Below are positions 38,610 to 50,184 of a stretch of 64,000 nucleotides of DNA, in pieces (position 1 is the first letter of the stretch; each line of letters opens with the position of its first letter). Made by a program: the position numbers and the translations under genes. The notes below the pieces were generated by a model that saw nothing but the letters and a program-made list of their open reading frames with translations, was not told the DNA's origin and made no database searches. The stretch covers positions 38,316,001 to 38,380,000 of the forward strand of contig CM060732.1 in assembly GCA_030704615.1 (NCBI GenBank), in the 5' to 3' direction. Source of the stretch: Takakia lepidozioides (taxonomy: Eukaryota > Plantae > Bryophyta).

Positions 38610-38958
38610 AACACGCTTCTCCCATTTATATCCGTCAGTGACACATAAAAAACTTGTGCATCAAGTCTATATCCATGCACAAAATCACTCTCCAATTTGT
38701 TACGTTATGGGAAAGAGGTGGACGCACAACAGGCATTGATATCATCCGGCACAGAGGGATGTCCAGACGCCCTCCAGATACGAGCATGTCCCTTATAACA
38801 TCCTGAGAGTTTACCTTCTGGAATGACATGAGTTCTTTCACCTTGTCAAGGTAGTGCACTTCATATTCATCTGCTTCATCTGTATTCTCTGAGCTTTTTC
38901 CGGACTCGTCCCCATCTCCAGATCCTTTTCCCTCTGATCTTGTTGAGGTCACCATCAC
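38610..38958 (-). pseudogene. Exon with N-terminal half of a ParB/Srx-like domain, belonging to the methyltransferase-like gene
   Basis: RLDIPLCRMISMPVVRPPL, then FYVSLTD in a shifted frame; coding resumes at 27997 with LAWMGYI..MVLDP..LLTAMHDVN; the expected GxHR core is missing at the insertion junction. Confidence 0.5.
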
Positions 38959-39619
38959 TCTGTCTCAAAGAAACTCACTATGAATGGTGTGAAACAATTC
39001 AACACAATCTACACAAGCAAAGCTGATACTGCCGTATTCAAAACAAAAGCGAGAGCGATAGCGAACGGCGGTAACGACAATCACAAAAGATAACGACCTG
39101 CCGGATCGGTGTTGTGTAATGACATCTATGTGTAAATGATTGGCGGCAACGACATTCGGTATAGTTTAGGGCGGACAGTAAGTGCAGATTATTCAGATTG
39201 ACTCCACTGTGATTACCGTCGCCAGCATGAAGGACTGCTTGAAAGGCAATCAGACAGACTGTATGATCTGAACAACGATGATTGACGGTATGCCGACCCT
39301 CACTCTCTCTTCAAACACATAGGTACATAAATCTCATGAGGAGAATCGAATGGCGTTAACGACGCTCGCAATTCAGTAGTTCCTGCTAAAGAAGGGAAGA
39401 GGAAGGACTCCTTGAAAGGCAATCAGATAGACTGTATGATCTGAACAACAGTGAATGACTGTACCGATAGTCACCCACTCATTGTGCGGTAAACCCTTAG
39501 CAGAGGAGTAGAAAGCAAATCACATTTGTGATGGTCGGGTAGCGACAATCCCTGTCTGGGACATTCCACTCAATCTCTACGCATATCTTCAACAATGAAA
39601 TGTAAGTTAGATAAAACTT

Positions 39620-39920
39620 ACTGGCGCCTTCTTAGGTTTTGAAATTGGATCCCCTTCTGCAGCTTTCCTCTTCCCTCTCACATCTGCTGGAATTTGTGTC
39701 TGCTCTAAGGTTTCTGGACCTTCTCCCGGTTCGGCGTTCCGCGTGCTTCCACCTTCTTCAGTGTCCTTGTGAATCATCTCTGCATCCACAGGCTGGCGCA
39801 CTCTTATCGCCGATTGTGTCACAGCCGCTGCCTCAGTCTCCGTCTGCTCTTCTGAATCAGTCTCCGCGTTCACCTGCTGCTTTGGCCCTATGTTCTCCAA
39901 CAAACGACGCCTCATCATTT
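39620..39920 (-). CDS. Probable upstream acidic/basic exon of the element gene, with NLS-like sequence
   Basis: Open frame MMRRRLLENIG..KRKAAEG..KPKKAP ending at a GTAAGT donor; linkage to the next exon not established. Confidence 0.4.
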
Positions 39921-40773
39921 GCTCTCTTGCTCTGCGTCTCTTTCTAAGGGAAGTAAAATAAAGAGACTTTCTTCTCTTTCGTATTGTAGAAGGAACCCTC
40001 TCCAGCTTGACTACCACTCTCTCTCTAAGCGCGAAAAGTAGAAAAACGCAGTGACTCCCGATTTCTTGCGGGATTGCCTGCGTTCTTGCGTTTCTCTAGA
40101 AGCATCGGATTTCCTCTCGCGTGACCGTTACACATAGTCGTTCCCTTATTAGTGCACATGCCAGCAATTGGTGTACAGCTGTTCGTATTCAGTTATGGAT
40201 GTCTGACGTGTGTCGCCCAAAATAAACGGCGTGTTCTTTATTAGAACGGTTTCAATATTTAAAAATAACAGCGAATCCCAGAAATCTTGGCGCACAATTT
40301 TACACAAATAAATGTAAATGAACGAGAGTTTGATGACAAATCTTGGAATATCATACACGGTCATCCTTGTTAGCCAAACCCCACATTCGTTTCACATTTG
40401 GAACTTTCCAGGTGCGCATGATCATTGGTAGTAGTATAAAGATACATTTACTTAATCTGCAATCCCATCCTCAGATCCTGTGGCATGCTTCCAGGAAGTC
40501 GGCTTTGTTATTGGGTTTATTGATGAGGTTCTGGTTAACGGTTTAACAGCTGCCGACATTGCTCCTAGGGATACTCTGACCACGGGCCCACAAGAAAAGT
40601 AATTAAAATGGACGGCTGCATATCTGGAAAGAATAACATAATATGCATAGTCGTTGTCTGAGCTTCCTCCGCCATATTCTCTGCTCATTCTTCAACTGTG
40701 TTCTGGAGACATCAGTAAACCGATTTACTCTAGATTTGCGATAGCAAGGTACAAACGTACGCGAGGAAGGAAG

Positions 40774-42351
40774 ATGGCTTCCTCTGAAGCGGAGTTCTTC
40801 TCTGACGACAAACTAGTGCCGTTCTCCCAGGAAGTCCTTGACAATGGATTTGCAATTGTTCTGGAACATGTCTTGGCTACCCGTTTTCAGCTGCAGAATG
40901 GTTCCATCTTTTTGGAGAAAGAGGTGTACGATCGTAAAGGGAAGTTGTTGAAATACTCTTTCCAAAACCGTGATGAGACGGCTCATATCAGCCAGTGGAG
41001 AGTGCGTCCTGGTCGATACAGAGTACTTGGAGAGCCTCGGCGAAAGTCCCTTGGGTCATATGTGACGCCCAGGACTGCTGCTTCGGTCGTTGAAGACAAG
41101 AGGGAGGTGGTGGTGAAAAAAGAACAGATGTCCTCCACTCCAATCGTTGAGCTTTCGGATTCTTCCGATGATGACATAAGTGAAATTCCAAATCCAGTCC
41201 TTCCTACTGTGGTTGGAGAAGCTGATGAAGAAGAGATTTGTAGTGTCATTCCAAAATTGCGGGCTGAAGAAGAGATTCGGCTCCTGTAAGAGGAAATTGA
41301 ACACTCCACCTGGTTCGGATTCAGATTCCCACAGGGCAGACCGTGATAACTCCTCGAAGCCTCGTGTTCCCCTGCATGACAGCTCCATGTCCGGAACCTC
41401 CATTGTGGAGGAACCTCCAACATGACGGCAAGCTCCAGCATCAAATAGTGCCACTGAAATGGTGCAGGAGAGAAACAACCCCCTTGATGTGCTTGAGTCC
41501 GCATGCCCCGACCACGTTTGGCACATAGAACGCACAAGTGTAGGGTCTCGTGTGAAATGTACAGCGATCAGGGCAACTAATTTCGAGAAGTGCACTTCAT
41601 CTATATCCAGAGGTGGTGCCCGAACTCCTGCTCCAACTTTCACGGGCTTGATGCGTCCATACGGTCAACCAGAAGCCAAGAACCACAAGTTCTGGTTCTG
41701 CGCAGATAATTGTGCCAGATGTGTGTATGGAACTGTGCGTCCTTCCGTAGTGATGAAGCCATCCTCCTCAACCGTTTGGCCCGTGAAGGTGGGAACACAT
41801 CTCAGCTTTCAGGAGATTGAAATGCTGGAGGAGGCAGGTTTTTTTCCTTGCGATACAACCCCAACTCCATGCATGTGCTACTAATCTGCGTCCTCCCGGG
41901 TCCCCCGGCAAATCCTGACTTGTGGCCAACCAAACGAGATGGAAAGCTCGTTCGGCGTTTCCCTCCAACCGCTGAACACTTTGGGAAAGTGGAGTCCGCA
42001 AGAATGCTCCAAGCTCGTGTTGGAAACACCACGGAAGTACCCGATCCAGGATATGGTCGGGTATTCACAATCATCACTTCCACATCTGCTGTTCATGACA
42101 TGACCTACGACATCACGGTTTCCAATTTCCCCAATTGCACATGTTCTGATTTTGTGAATATGCTATCAACCAGTTTGGGCAAGAAAGGTAAATTCATACC
42201 CTGCAAACATTTGTATTTCATATTTTTGAAGAGGATGGTTTGCGATCCCAAACGTGACAACTTCATTCACCAGGCCACTATGAGTTTCAACGAGGTCGAT
42301 ACTCTTTTGCAGCGGGATACAAACATGGGTAGCATCAACTATGCAATGTGA
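40774..42351 (+). CDS. Element-borne SWIM zinc-finger protein with upstream Cys-rich domain (split into three ORFs)
   Basis: YDITVSNFPNCTCSDF..IPCKHLYFIF (CxC..CxH); upstream WHI..KC..KC..FWFC..C..C..WPV; ORFs 40654-41289, 41459-41884, 41848-42351. Confidence 0.75.
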
Positions 42352-42920
42352 TATGTGGACGACCATGATTTGAAATGTGTAATTCACATCAATTTGTCGG
42401 CGGTGCAATGATATGGCCTCCAACTATACGGAGTGAGCTCTGAGTGACAACTTTTAGGTAGTGCACATTTGTCATTGCACCGTTCGAAGTCTACATGTCT
42501 TGCTGTCGCTATGCACTACAATCATCTTTTGAAGATGATCCTAACTCTCATTGTTATTTGAGGAGGGAGGAAGGTCTTCCCGTGGTAGCCTTTATGGCGC
42601 ACACTTTGTGAGGATATTTTTTCGTCCTCGTAATTGTAAAAGTGAAACAAGCTTTTGTAATTGCACAATGTTGGATGCTGCAATTGTTGGCCTCAACGCT
42701 CGTCTTGATTCTATTTAGGCAAGATTCCCTGCATTAATTCCACGGTCATAGGACCATCCACGGTTATAGGCGGCGCATGTTAATGCTGACGTGGCAGATG
42801 ACGGACAGTGCCACGTTATCATTTACAGCCACATCAGCATGCTGACATGACGCTCACGCCACGTCAGCTGGCGTGAGCGTACGCTCGCGCGCTCACGCCA
42901 TTGCGTCGTTGGTCTTATAC

Positions 42921-42969
42921 CTCTAGTCTGATCTCTTGTTTGTGTTCAGTCAAGTTCTCGTCCTTGACA
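42921..42969 (+). repeat. Chromovirus 3' LTR, terminal remainder
   Basis: Ends GTCCTTGACA, a 9/10 inverted match to the LTR start TGTCACGGAC at 22475; follows the duplicated GTCTTATAC. Confidence 0.8.
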
Positions 42970-43029
42970 ATGTAGAGCCAGACTTCTGTCACAATACATC
43001 TAGTATAACGAAATATCAAACAACAATGT

Positions 43030-43510
43030 AACATCAGAAATTAATGTACCTCATTCGATTGTTTATTCACTTCCTTCCAATTCATATCAACGGGTAGGAC
43101 CTTCAGAACATCTTGTCGTCCTCCTCCAATACCTTTCATCTTATGAGGCATAAGGTCGTTATTCCTTGAGACAATCGATAGTACATTTTGCCTCTACTTG
43201 TACAGTTTGTGGTCTTGGCTTCTTCATCCTCCTGTTTCCATGCATGGAGGAGATGTATCCATCTTTGCTCTTTCTTTTATATCCCAAATATGTCGATCTT
43301 CCGATACCGTGAATTGTCCACCAGGCCTTCTCACAACGTCCACTCCTTCAATTGTGATATAGACCTTGCGACCAGAACACAGTGTAACCTTCTCCGGATG
43401 TCATATCCCAACTCTTTCTTCGAGTCAAAGGATGATGCCCAGAACTGACTACGAATCAACTTTGTTTTTCCAAGCTGAAATGTTGGCAACAATTCATCGA
43501 ACAACAACTC
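43030..43510 (-). pseudogene. Transposase-like coding relic of uncertain family
   Basis: Minus strand reads VC/EKAWWTIHGIGRSTY..MHGNRRMKKPRPQT..DLMPHK..VLP across frameshifts, a pattern I recall from TE-derived proteins; not verified. Confidence 0.4.
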
Positions 43511-43888
43511 ACAGAGCTTACGACTAAATTGATTTAATAATCCCCACTAAAAGACACTATGATATGGAAATTGAACGGTGAATTTAATTAGCTGAATTTG
43601 GTGAGTGCATGTGTATCAAGCCGTATGCACTCCATTGTACACAATTCACTTTCTTGAATGCATTATGGTAGATAGATAGGTTGATTTTACTGTGCAATAA
43701 AATTTTGGTGTGAAAAAATTATTATGTAGCTAGTTACTTGTGTTAGATGTGGAAAAAAAAAACACCGACAATAACATAGAATATCACACTAATAATGGTT
43801 TTCTTTGATTTACTCGACTTACTTTGTTTATGCAAGACAAGTCAGCCTACACAATCCATAGTTTTTACAAGGTTTTTATAACATCCAA

Positions 43889-43977
43889 TTATAGGGCCAA
43901 CCCCCGAAAGGGGGTAGTAGCCGCAAGGCGAAGTGACTCTTAGTTACGCCGGCTTTGGCTGGAGTCTTCTTTCTCTC
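43889..43977 (+). mobile_element. 89-bp hairpin-rich short interspersed element, copy 2
   Basis: Direct repeat TAACATCCAA at 43879-43888 and 43978-43987; CCCCC-GAAA-GGGGG and GCC-GCAA-GGC hairpins; CT tail; homologous to 20013-20092. Confidence 0.72.
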
Positions 43978-44628
43978 TAACATCCAACTGATTCGCAAAG
44001 GTTATGGTGACACAATCAAAACATCACAAAGTGAGTATTGACATTGCTATAAAAAATGACCAAACATGTTTCATATAATCTGCTTAGATTGAATTGAAAC
44101 GCACTTGTTGCAACTATGACCTCATCTCAAACGATCATAGCTGGTCCTCTCTAACTGGACTCATAAGGCAAAGACGTTGATGGAACAGTAACACATGGGC
44201 TTGTTGTACCATTTCTTATCTACTAGACCTTAGTGCAAATTCCAATGCATGGTCTTTCAAATACTTAACATGATTTCATTGATAGTTCTCCAAATGTGGA
44301 TACCTCCACCGTCCACTTGAAAGCAGTAGTTCTTCGGGGTCAAGTGATACCATTACTTATGCTTGGAGGTCCGCTTCTGAAGTGGACCTTACCATCACGC
44401 TCCCCACCACAACTTGCTACCCATCGGGATTCTTAAGTATTTAATAGTGAAACCGAGGTTAAGAGGGGATAGGGAGGATTTGACAAGGGGCCGCCGGAGG
44501 AGCCCAGGTTGCACACGCGCCCATTAAGTTCTTACACTATTCCTATTGTCTTCCGTCTTCCATAAGTCCATCTCTTTTGGAAAAGAGAAAAATTCATTCG
44601 CACACATGCACTAGTAGGAGTAGTAGTA

Positions 44629-45456
44629 CCGTACTTACCAGTGTTGGTCTGGTATGGGTATTAGACCTGAGTATCAACGCTGGTATCACAGACCAGACCA
44701 GCCTGGTCTTAAGTTCTACAGTACCAGGTCACATACCAAACTAGGTTGGTATCCGTATTCTCATACCAGCCACAATACCAATACCCCCCACCGTCTTCCT
44801 CATTTACTCTGGTATGTGTATTATACTAGTTTATGTGAACATACATGTACTTATTTATATTTACTTTATGTTTATTGTATTTGTTTTCACTTGATATTTG
44901 ATAAACTTGTAAGTCAAATGGCTTTTGAATGATACCAGAATTGATATCCCATACCAACTGGTATTGTGATCATGATACTCATACTCATACCTGTATTTGG
45001 AAAAAAATACATCCAACATTATATAGACCGGTCTGGTATAAGTTTTGTGATTGGGCTGGTACCAGGACCAGTTTGGTATGTAAAAAACCTGATACCAGAC
45101 CAACAGTGGTACTTACCTAGCTTATTAGGCACTTCCGCGCCTAATAATTAATAAAAATGGAATATTATTAGGCAGATTCGTTTTTATTATTTAGGCACCT
45201 CACCTAGGTAATTTCCAAACATTAGGCATGTATTACAGTCGACCCTGGATAATAATGAACAATTGTTTTTGACCTCCCTCAAAAACCTATTGTTGAGGTA
45301 ATCTTCTTTTCAGAAAACATATAAACATTTTTTCAAGCAACTAGGCACTTCTTAGGAAATTTTCCAAGTTTTAGGCACATTTTCCAAAAATGTTCTAAAT
45401 TTAATTAGGCACTTGATTTTGAATTAAATATTGCCTAATTAGCTAGGTAAGTACGG
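44629..45456. mobile_element. Tc1/mariner-type MITE, left TIR interrupted by a hAT MITE
   Basis: TA flanks at 44627-44628 and 45457-45458; reconstructed left TIR CCGTACTTACCTAGCTTATTAGGCA vs right TGCCTAATTAGCTAGGTAAGTACGG. Confidence 0.8.
44639..45108. mobile_element. hAT-type MITE (470 bp)
   Basis: 8-bp TSD GTACTTAC (44631-44638, 45109-45116); TIRs CAGTGTTGGTCTGGTAT / ATACCAGACCAACAGTG; many subterminal TGGTAT/ATACCA motifs. Confidence 0.88.
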
Positions 45457-45826
45457 TAGTCACAAATGAGTGAGCTTCTTGATTTAATTGCGTGCCTTCT
45501 GATAAAATGCACTTTTTTGTAAATGTAGTGGTAGACCTGAGGTATCAAGTTATATCCTCCCATGGAGGTAGTTGCATAGCGTATCGACCTAATATTCTGT
45601 AAATCCAGAAGTAGGTAGCGGCATCCCATAGTTAGTGGTAGTTTCTGTTAGAAGGCCGGGGCAGTTGAAGTTTACGGAAAATGGGTTTGGTGGGCAGTAG
45701 GAATGGCTGTCTCCGGGGTTTTACCTTCCACTCCTTATTTGATCCATGGGCTAGTTGTGGGATTGTAGTTATATCTAGCGAGTTTCTCTCACTCTTCGTG
45801 CTATCTCCTTCCTTCCCTTAGACATC

Positions 45827-46876
45827 ATGGACATGTGTCGGGTAAGCGTTTTGGGTCTTCTCTTGCTCACCATTTTGCAACAGACTTTAAGGGTGGAGGT
45901 TGTGCATCTTGAGCTCGGGCCGGAGATTCCGGAGCTCAATCAAGCTGGGGTGGATGTGGCAAATATCGTGAACAATGACTGGAAATTATTGCCTGTCTTA
46001 GGCATGTGCAATTTCTCAGCCCGAATGTCAAATGCGCATCCAATTAATGCGCTCGGGGTTGCGGGCACATTGTACACCTTCTTCGACTACTTGACATTTG
46101 ACTGTACATCTGAAGTTCGGCGCGAAGAGTTGATGTGCGAAACACTGGCTTCATCGTTCACCGCATGCCGCGATTTGGCTGTCAACATGCACGACGACAA
46201 CCTCCACAGTTGGTCCACGTGTGAGGATTTCAATTTCCGCGTTGGCTACCTTTGGATACCCACCAAGACGGCGCAAGATCAAACCACCACCATGACTACA
46301 TCCGTTGTCGCAACCATGGAAGAGCTTGCCAGCCTGATTATGGACACTGACTTGACAAATCTTCATCTCCCGGCTCCTAAAGCGACGAACAAAGTCGGCT
46401 TTCGCGATCCTTTTGGCTGCAATTTCAAGTACTCCAATGTGTTTCCTATTGTGTACGACGGGTTGCACAACACGCTCATAGGAGGGGAGTACATCATGTC
46501 GTCAAACGACAAGTATAGCCTGATGATGCAGCTTGATTGCAACCTCGTGCTTTACAAGAGGGGTCCGACTGGGCAATTTGCATGGAATGGGTTGTGGGCG
46601 ACAATGTCCAATATCTCCGATGGGTTTCCGCACCGATGCACCATGGAATTGCAGCCGAACGGCAACCTGGTTGTCAAAGATGACTCTGGCTTCCCCCGTT
46701 GGGCGAGCAGAACAACGACATCAAACCTTTATCAAGTATCACTTACGGTCCAACATGATGGAAATTTGGTGGTTGCCAACATGCAGAGCGGAGGCATGGT
46801 GTGGTCTACAAACACGATTGTACCACCACCTCCTCCCCTGTTTCAGATTCCACCCATCCCACCTCCTCAGAAATAA
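45827..46876 (+). CDS. Secreted protein with C-terminal bulb-type (GNA-related) mannose-binding lectin domain
   Basis: 349-aa single ORF; hydrophobic signal-like N-terminus; QLDCNLVLY, QPNGNLVV, QHDGNLVV repeats and VWSTNT; Pro-rich tail. Confidence 0.85.
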   Translation: MDMCRVSVLGLLLLTILQQTLRVEVVHLELGPEIPELNQAGVDVANIVNNDWKLLPVLGMCNFSARMSNAHPINALGVAGTLYTFFDYLTFDCTSEVRREELMCETLASSFTACRDLAVNMHDDNLHSWSTCEDFNFRVGYLWIPTKTAQDQTTTMTTSVVATMEELASLIMDTDLTNLHLPAPKATNKVGFRDPFGCNFKYSNVFPIVYDGLHNTLIGGEYIMSSNDKYSLMMQLDCNLVLYKRGPTGQFAWNGLWATMSNISDGFPHRCTMELQPNGNLVVKDDSGFPRWASRTTTSNLYQVSLTVQHDGNLVVANMQSGGMVWSTNTIVPPPPPLFQIPPIPPPQK

Positions 46877-47619
46877 TTTCACCATCCCAGTCTCCTATGT
46901 GGGTGTCTGGACACATGCCCCCATAGCTTCACAACAATATGATGGAAGCGGAAGCTACGGTATTTAAAATTGAAATAAGACAATCCTACACCAATGATCA
47001 TGCAAAGAAACGGAAATGATTTTAATAAAATTGGGCATGTTTCCAAACATTTTGTGATACTCATGTTGCAATGGATGCACGAGTCTGTGTTTGTTGACGG
47101 GACGGATGAAGAAAGTGAAGGATAGCCGTGGAATTAGAGAGCGCCATTCTTGTTTGTGCGCTTGTTGGTGGAAGGGATGAGGAAAGTGAATTAGAGAGCG
47201 CTGTTCTTTGTTTGTGTGTTTGTTGAAAGGGATGAAGAAAGTGATGATGGAATTAGAGAGCGCTATTCTTGTTTGTGTGCCACGATAGTTGTTTCCGAGC
47301 GCTTTTCTTTTCTGGCGAAATTACCTAGTGGCTGCTTCTCTCTCGCACGAATTCTCTCTTTGTTTTCTTGTCTCCTAGTGATTTCCACTTCTACTTTTGT
47401 AGGCGTGATTAGATTTCTCTGGTTGTTGCTGTCTCTTGTTGGAATTTGTCTCTCTGGCGGAGTGCATTTTGGTTTCCTGTAGGTAGGGGAAGTTGAGAAG
47501 AGGGAGGAACACAATAAACATTTTTAAGGGAGAGAGTAGTCTACGTACATTGGGAAAGACGAGAGAGAGAGTGGAAAGGGGAGGTAATTCTTGAGAACGA
47601 GAGAAGGAGAGGGAGAGAG

Positions 47620-49187
47620 ATGGCTCCGCCGAAGGGAGGTGGAGAGCAGAAAGGAGGGAAATCGAAGGCACTGAAGAAGCCTGGGAGGCCACCGAGGGCT
47701 GAGAAGAAGCCTGTTGCGGAAGCAAGCTCTAAGGTCTCTACTGGCAAGGGCAAAGCGAAGAAGGCCAAGAGGGGAACCGAAACGTACAAAATATACATTT
47801 ACAAAGTGCTTAAACAGGTGTTCGTGCCAATCTTTGCTTTGCTATTCTTTGAATTTCCCCTCTGGAGATGAGATTTGTATCGTGACCTTAGAGGGACCTT
47901 AGTCCAAGAAATCTATCGTTTCAAGCATCAGATATGATGAATACAGTTTAGCAATCCTTCTGTGGCAGTGCCAGAAGGTAGACATGCATTCTAAATCTGA
48001 GGATTGCAGTGTGCATTAAGTGTACCGTGGATACAAACTCTGCAATGCTGTTGAACGCATCATATGTGATGTTATACATGTTGGCACAATTATGCGCCAT
48101 CAGGTGAGGTAATTATTTGCAGGTTTAGAGGTATACGTGACCAGGTCTTAAGAGAGTACTGCTTCTTGTTTATTCCTTGTGTGAATTTCTCCTCTCCCTT
48201 AATATCTAGCCTGCAGGAAGACTTTCGGAATTCTGGTTTTGCCAGTGCGACATGATAGTGTGTTGAGATTTTGTTCGCATCGATGCTGTTGAACGCTTCA
48301 GATAACAGCCTTTCGTCTCCTTTCCTCTCATGATTTTGGTCTGTCTCACCAGTATCGATCCATTCGAGACTGGTTTTGGAGGTGGTTGGCAGAGTTTTTT
48401 TTTTTTTTTTCTGGGAAAGGTAAGAGGGACGGAGGCCTCAGAATTTTATAAAGAAGGGGATGTAAATATTCCGAAGGGAAGTACATGAGGAAAAAATAAC
48501 CTCATCCTGAGTGCCATGGAGGCTGACTACGCTTCGTTACCAATAACAACGAGGATTGAAGACCGTACCATAGACCACAGTGATCCAGAGTTTGTGTTTC
48601 AAACCTGTCCGTAAGCCGTGAAATATGAGGTTCCCTCAATTTGTGGAAATATTAGTTTCCGCTAATTTCAATATATTAAAATATCTTAAAATCACGGTGT
48701 AGGTCTCTTGAAATACAAACGAACATCCGTTTTTGGGCATGTGTTCCATTTGCATCATTGTAGGGCTCTACATAAGAGAATAGTGTGCTGGTTCGGCTCC
48801 CCATATCCATGGTTTCAGTGAGGGTTTGACCGGTGGTTTCACCTGCTCATGACTGAAAAGGATAACAGTAGGGAGATCTGAAGTTAAGAGAGAGAGGGAC
48901 ACATTCTGTTGCGTTACTTACTGAAGATAGAGTCTCTGTTTTTGGAGCTGTAGGTGCACCCAGACACAGGTATCTCAGCAAAGGCTATGGGAATAATGAA
49001 CTCCTTCATCAATGACATATTCGAGAAGCTGGCCCAGGAAGCTGCCAAGCTCGCTCGCTACAACAAGAAGCCTACTATAACTTCTCGTGAGATTCAGACA
49101 GCTGTGCGCCTCATTTTGCCTGGTGAATTGGCGAAACATGCTATATCCGAAGGCACCAAGGCTGTTACCAAATTTACCAGTGCATAA
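47620..49187 (+). CDS. H2B: Histone H2B (exons 47620-47817 and 48954-49187; 143 aa)
   Basis: [13 protein letters not shown]|[17 protein letters not shown]; GT-AG phase-0 intron 47818-48953. Confidence 0.96.
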
Positions 49188-50184
49188 TTGCGAGATTGTT
49201 GAAACTGTTATCGGTACCGACTACCGAGATCGCACATGAGCTCCCCAAAATCCCAGGTGTCACGAAACCCCAATCACCATCTACATGGACTTGTCCTGGC
49301 CGTGATTTACTGCTTTCCTGTAGTTAGCTAATACCTAAGTTTGTTTGTCGGCGCGGTTTCAACTTTCAAGACAACCACAGTATTTTTCGACAGAATTGGC
49401 CATTTTGACTAAGAAACACAGAGACAATCAGCACAATAGATTCTTACACTGACGACATACACCACCAGAGAGACTTTCGGTTCCTTATTCAGGTGCTGCA
49501 ACCGGCGGCCATTGCAGAAAGGGACCTATCATACTCTGAAAAATACATGTTGTAATTTGAATTTTCCATGATATGTTGCCAGATCAGAACAGCATAGGTT
49601 CACTCTGCTTAATGACACAAGCTTGGGTATCGAGATAGCATCCTCTTGCAATGGTCACCTACTATCAAAACCTACTACCTGATGGTGAGGGAAACCGTAG
49701 CAGCTGACTGTCTAACGAGACATTTGTGGAATCTCTTCGTCTCTGCACAACAAAAAAAGCTGAAACAGCTCACTGGGACTAAGCCATTTGGATTCAACGA
49801 TCGTCACCATCGAATCATGGACCACATTGTCTGTTTGATAAACCGGAGACATTCTTGACACAGACAAAAGGCCAAAAGATCGGATTTGAATCCCAGGAGT
49901 GCAAAGATGGACAGTAAGGTCGTTGCAACAGTGGCAGAGTATGTACAGGTCAGATCGTATCTTGCTTCTATCAAGCTTACTTCATAAAAGTGCTTTTATA
50001 CAACTACTTGTCTTCACATCAGCATGCCTATGTTGGGCTACGAATGACAATGTCAACAATTTGCAGCTCAAATTGTGAGTAGGCTACTAGCAAGGGTCGA
50101 ATTAAAACACCCCGCAGCAGAGCTGACAATGTTCTGTATGGTGGTGGTGTTCAAAAACACCATATGAAAAATGTAACAGACAGA

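Larger units (their letters stand above)
27998..38610 (-). mobile_element. Ty3/Gypsy LTR retrotransposon Gag-PR-DNMT-RT-RH-IN-PHD, 5' LTR not found
   Basis: Gag LRSLQEFQRKPTESLREAFTRM and zinc knuckles; protease VLLDSGA; RT CGDYRPVN, LDLRSGYHQ, YIDD; RNase H TDWS..EGECLA..TDHQPL; integrase HHCC and WSLDFAGP; RT-RH-IN order; left and right limits from interruption of the host gene. Confidence 0.93.
22995..42911. mobile_element. Large DNA-transposon-like insertion (~19.9 kb including a nested retroelement; ~9.3 kb net) of unclear superfamily
   Basis: GTCTTATAC duplicated at 22986-22994 and 42912-42920; imperfect TIRs CAGGGATGCCTCGGCGTGAGC vs reverse complement CAACGACGCAATGGCGTGAGC; subterminal GCTCACGCCACGTCA at both ends; splits an LTR into two joinable halves. 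Confidence 0.82.
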
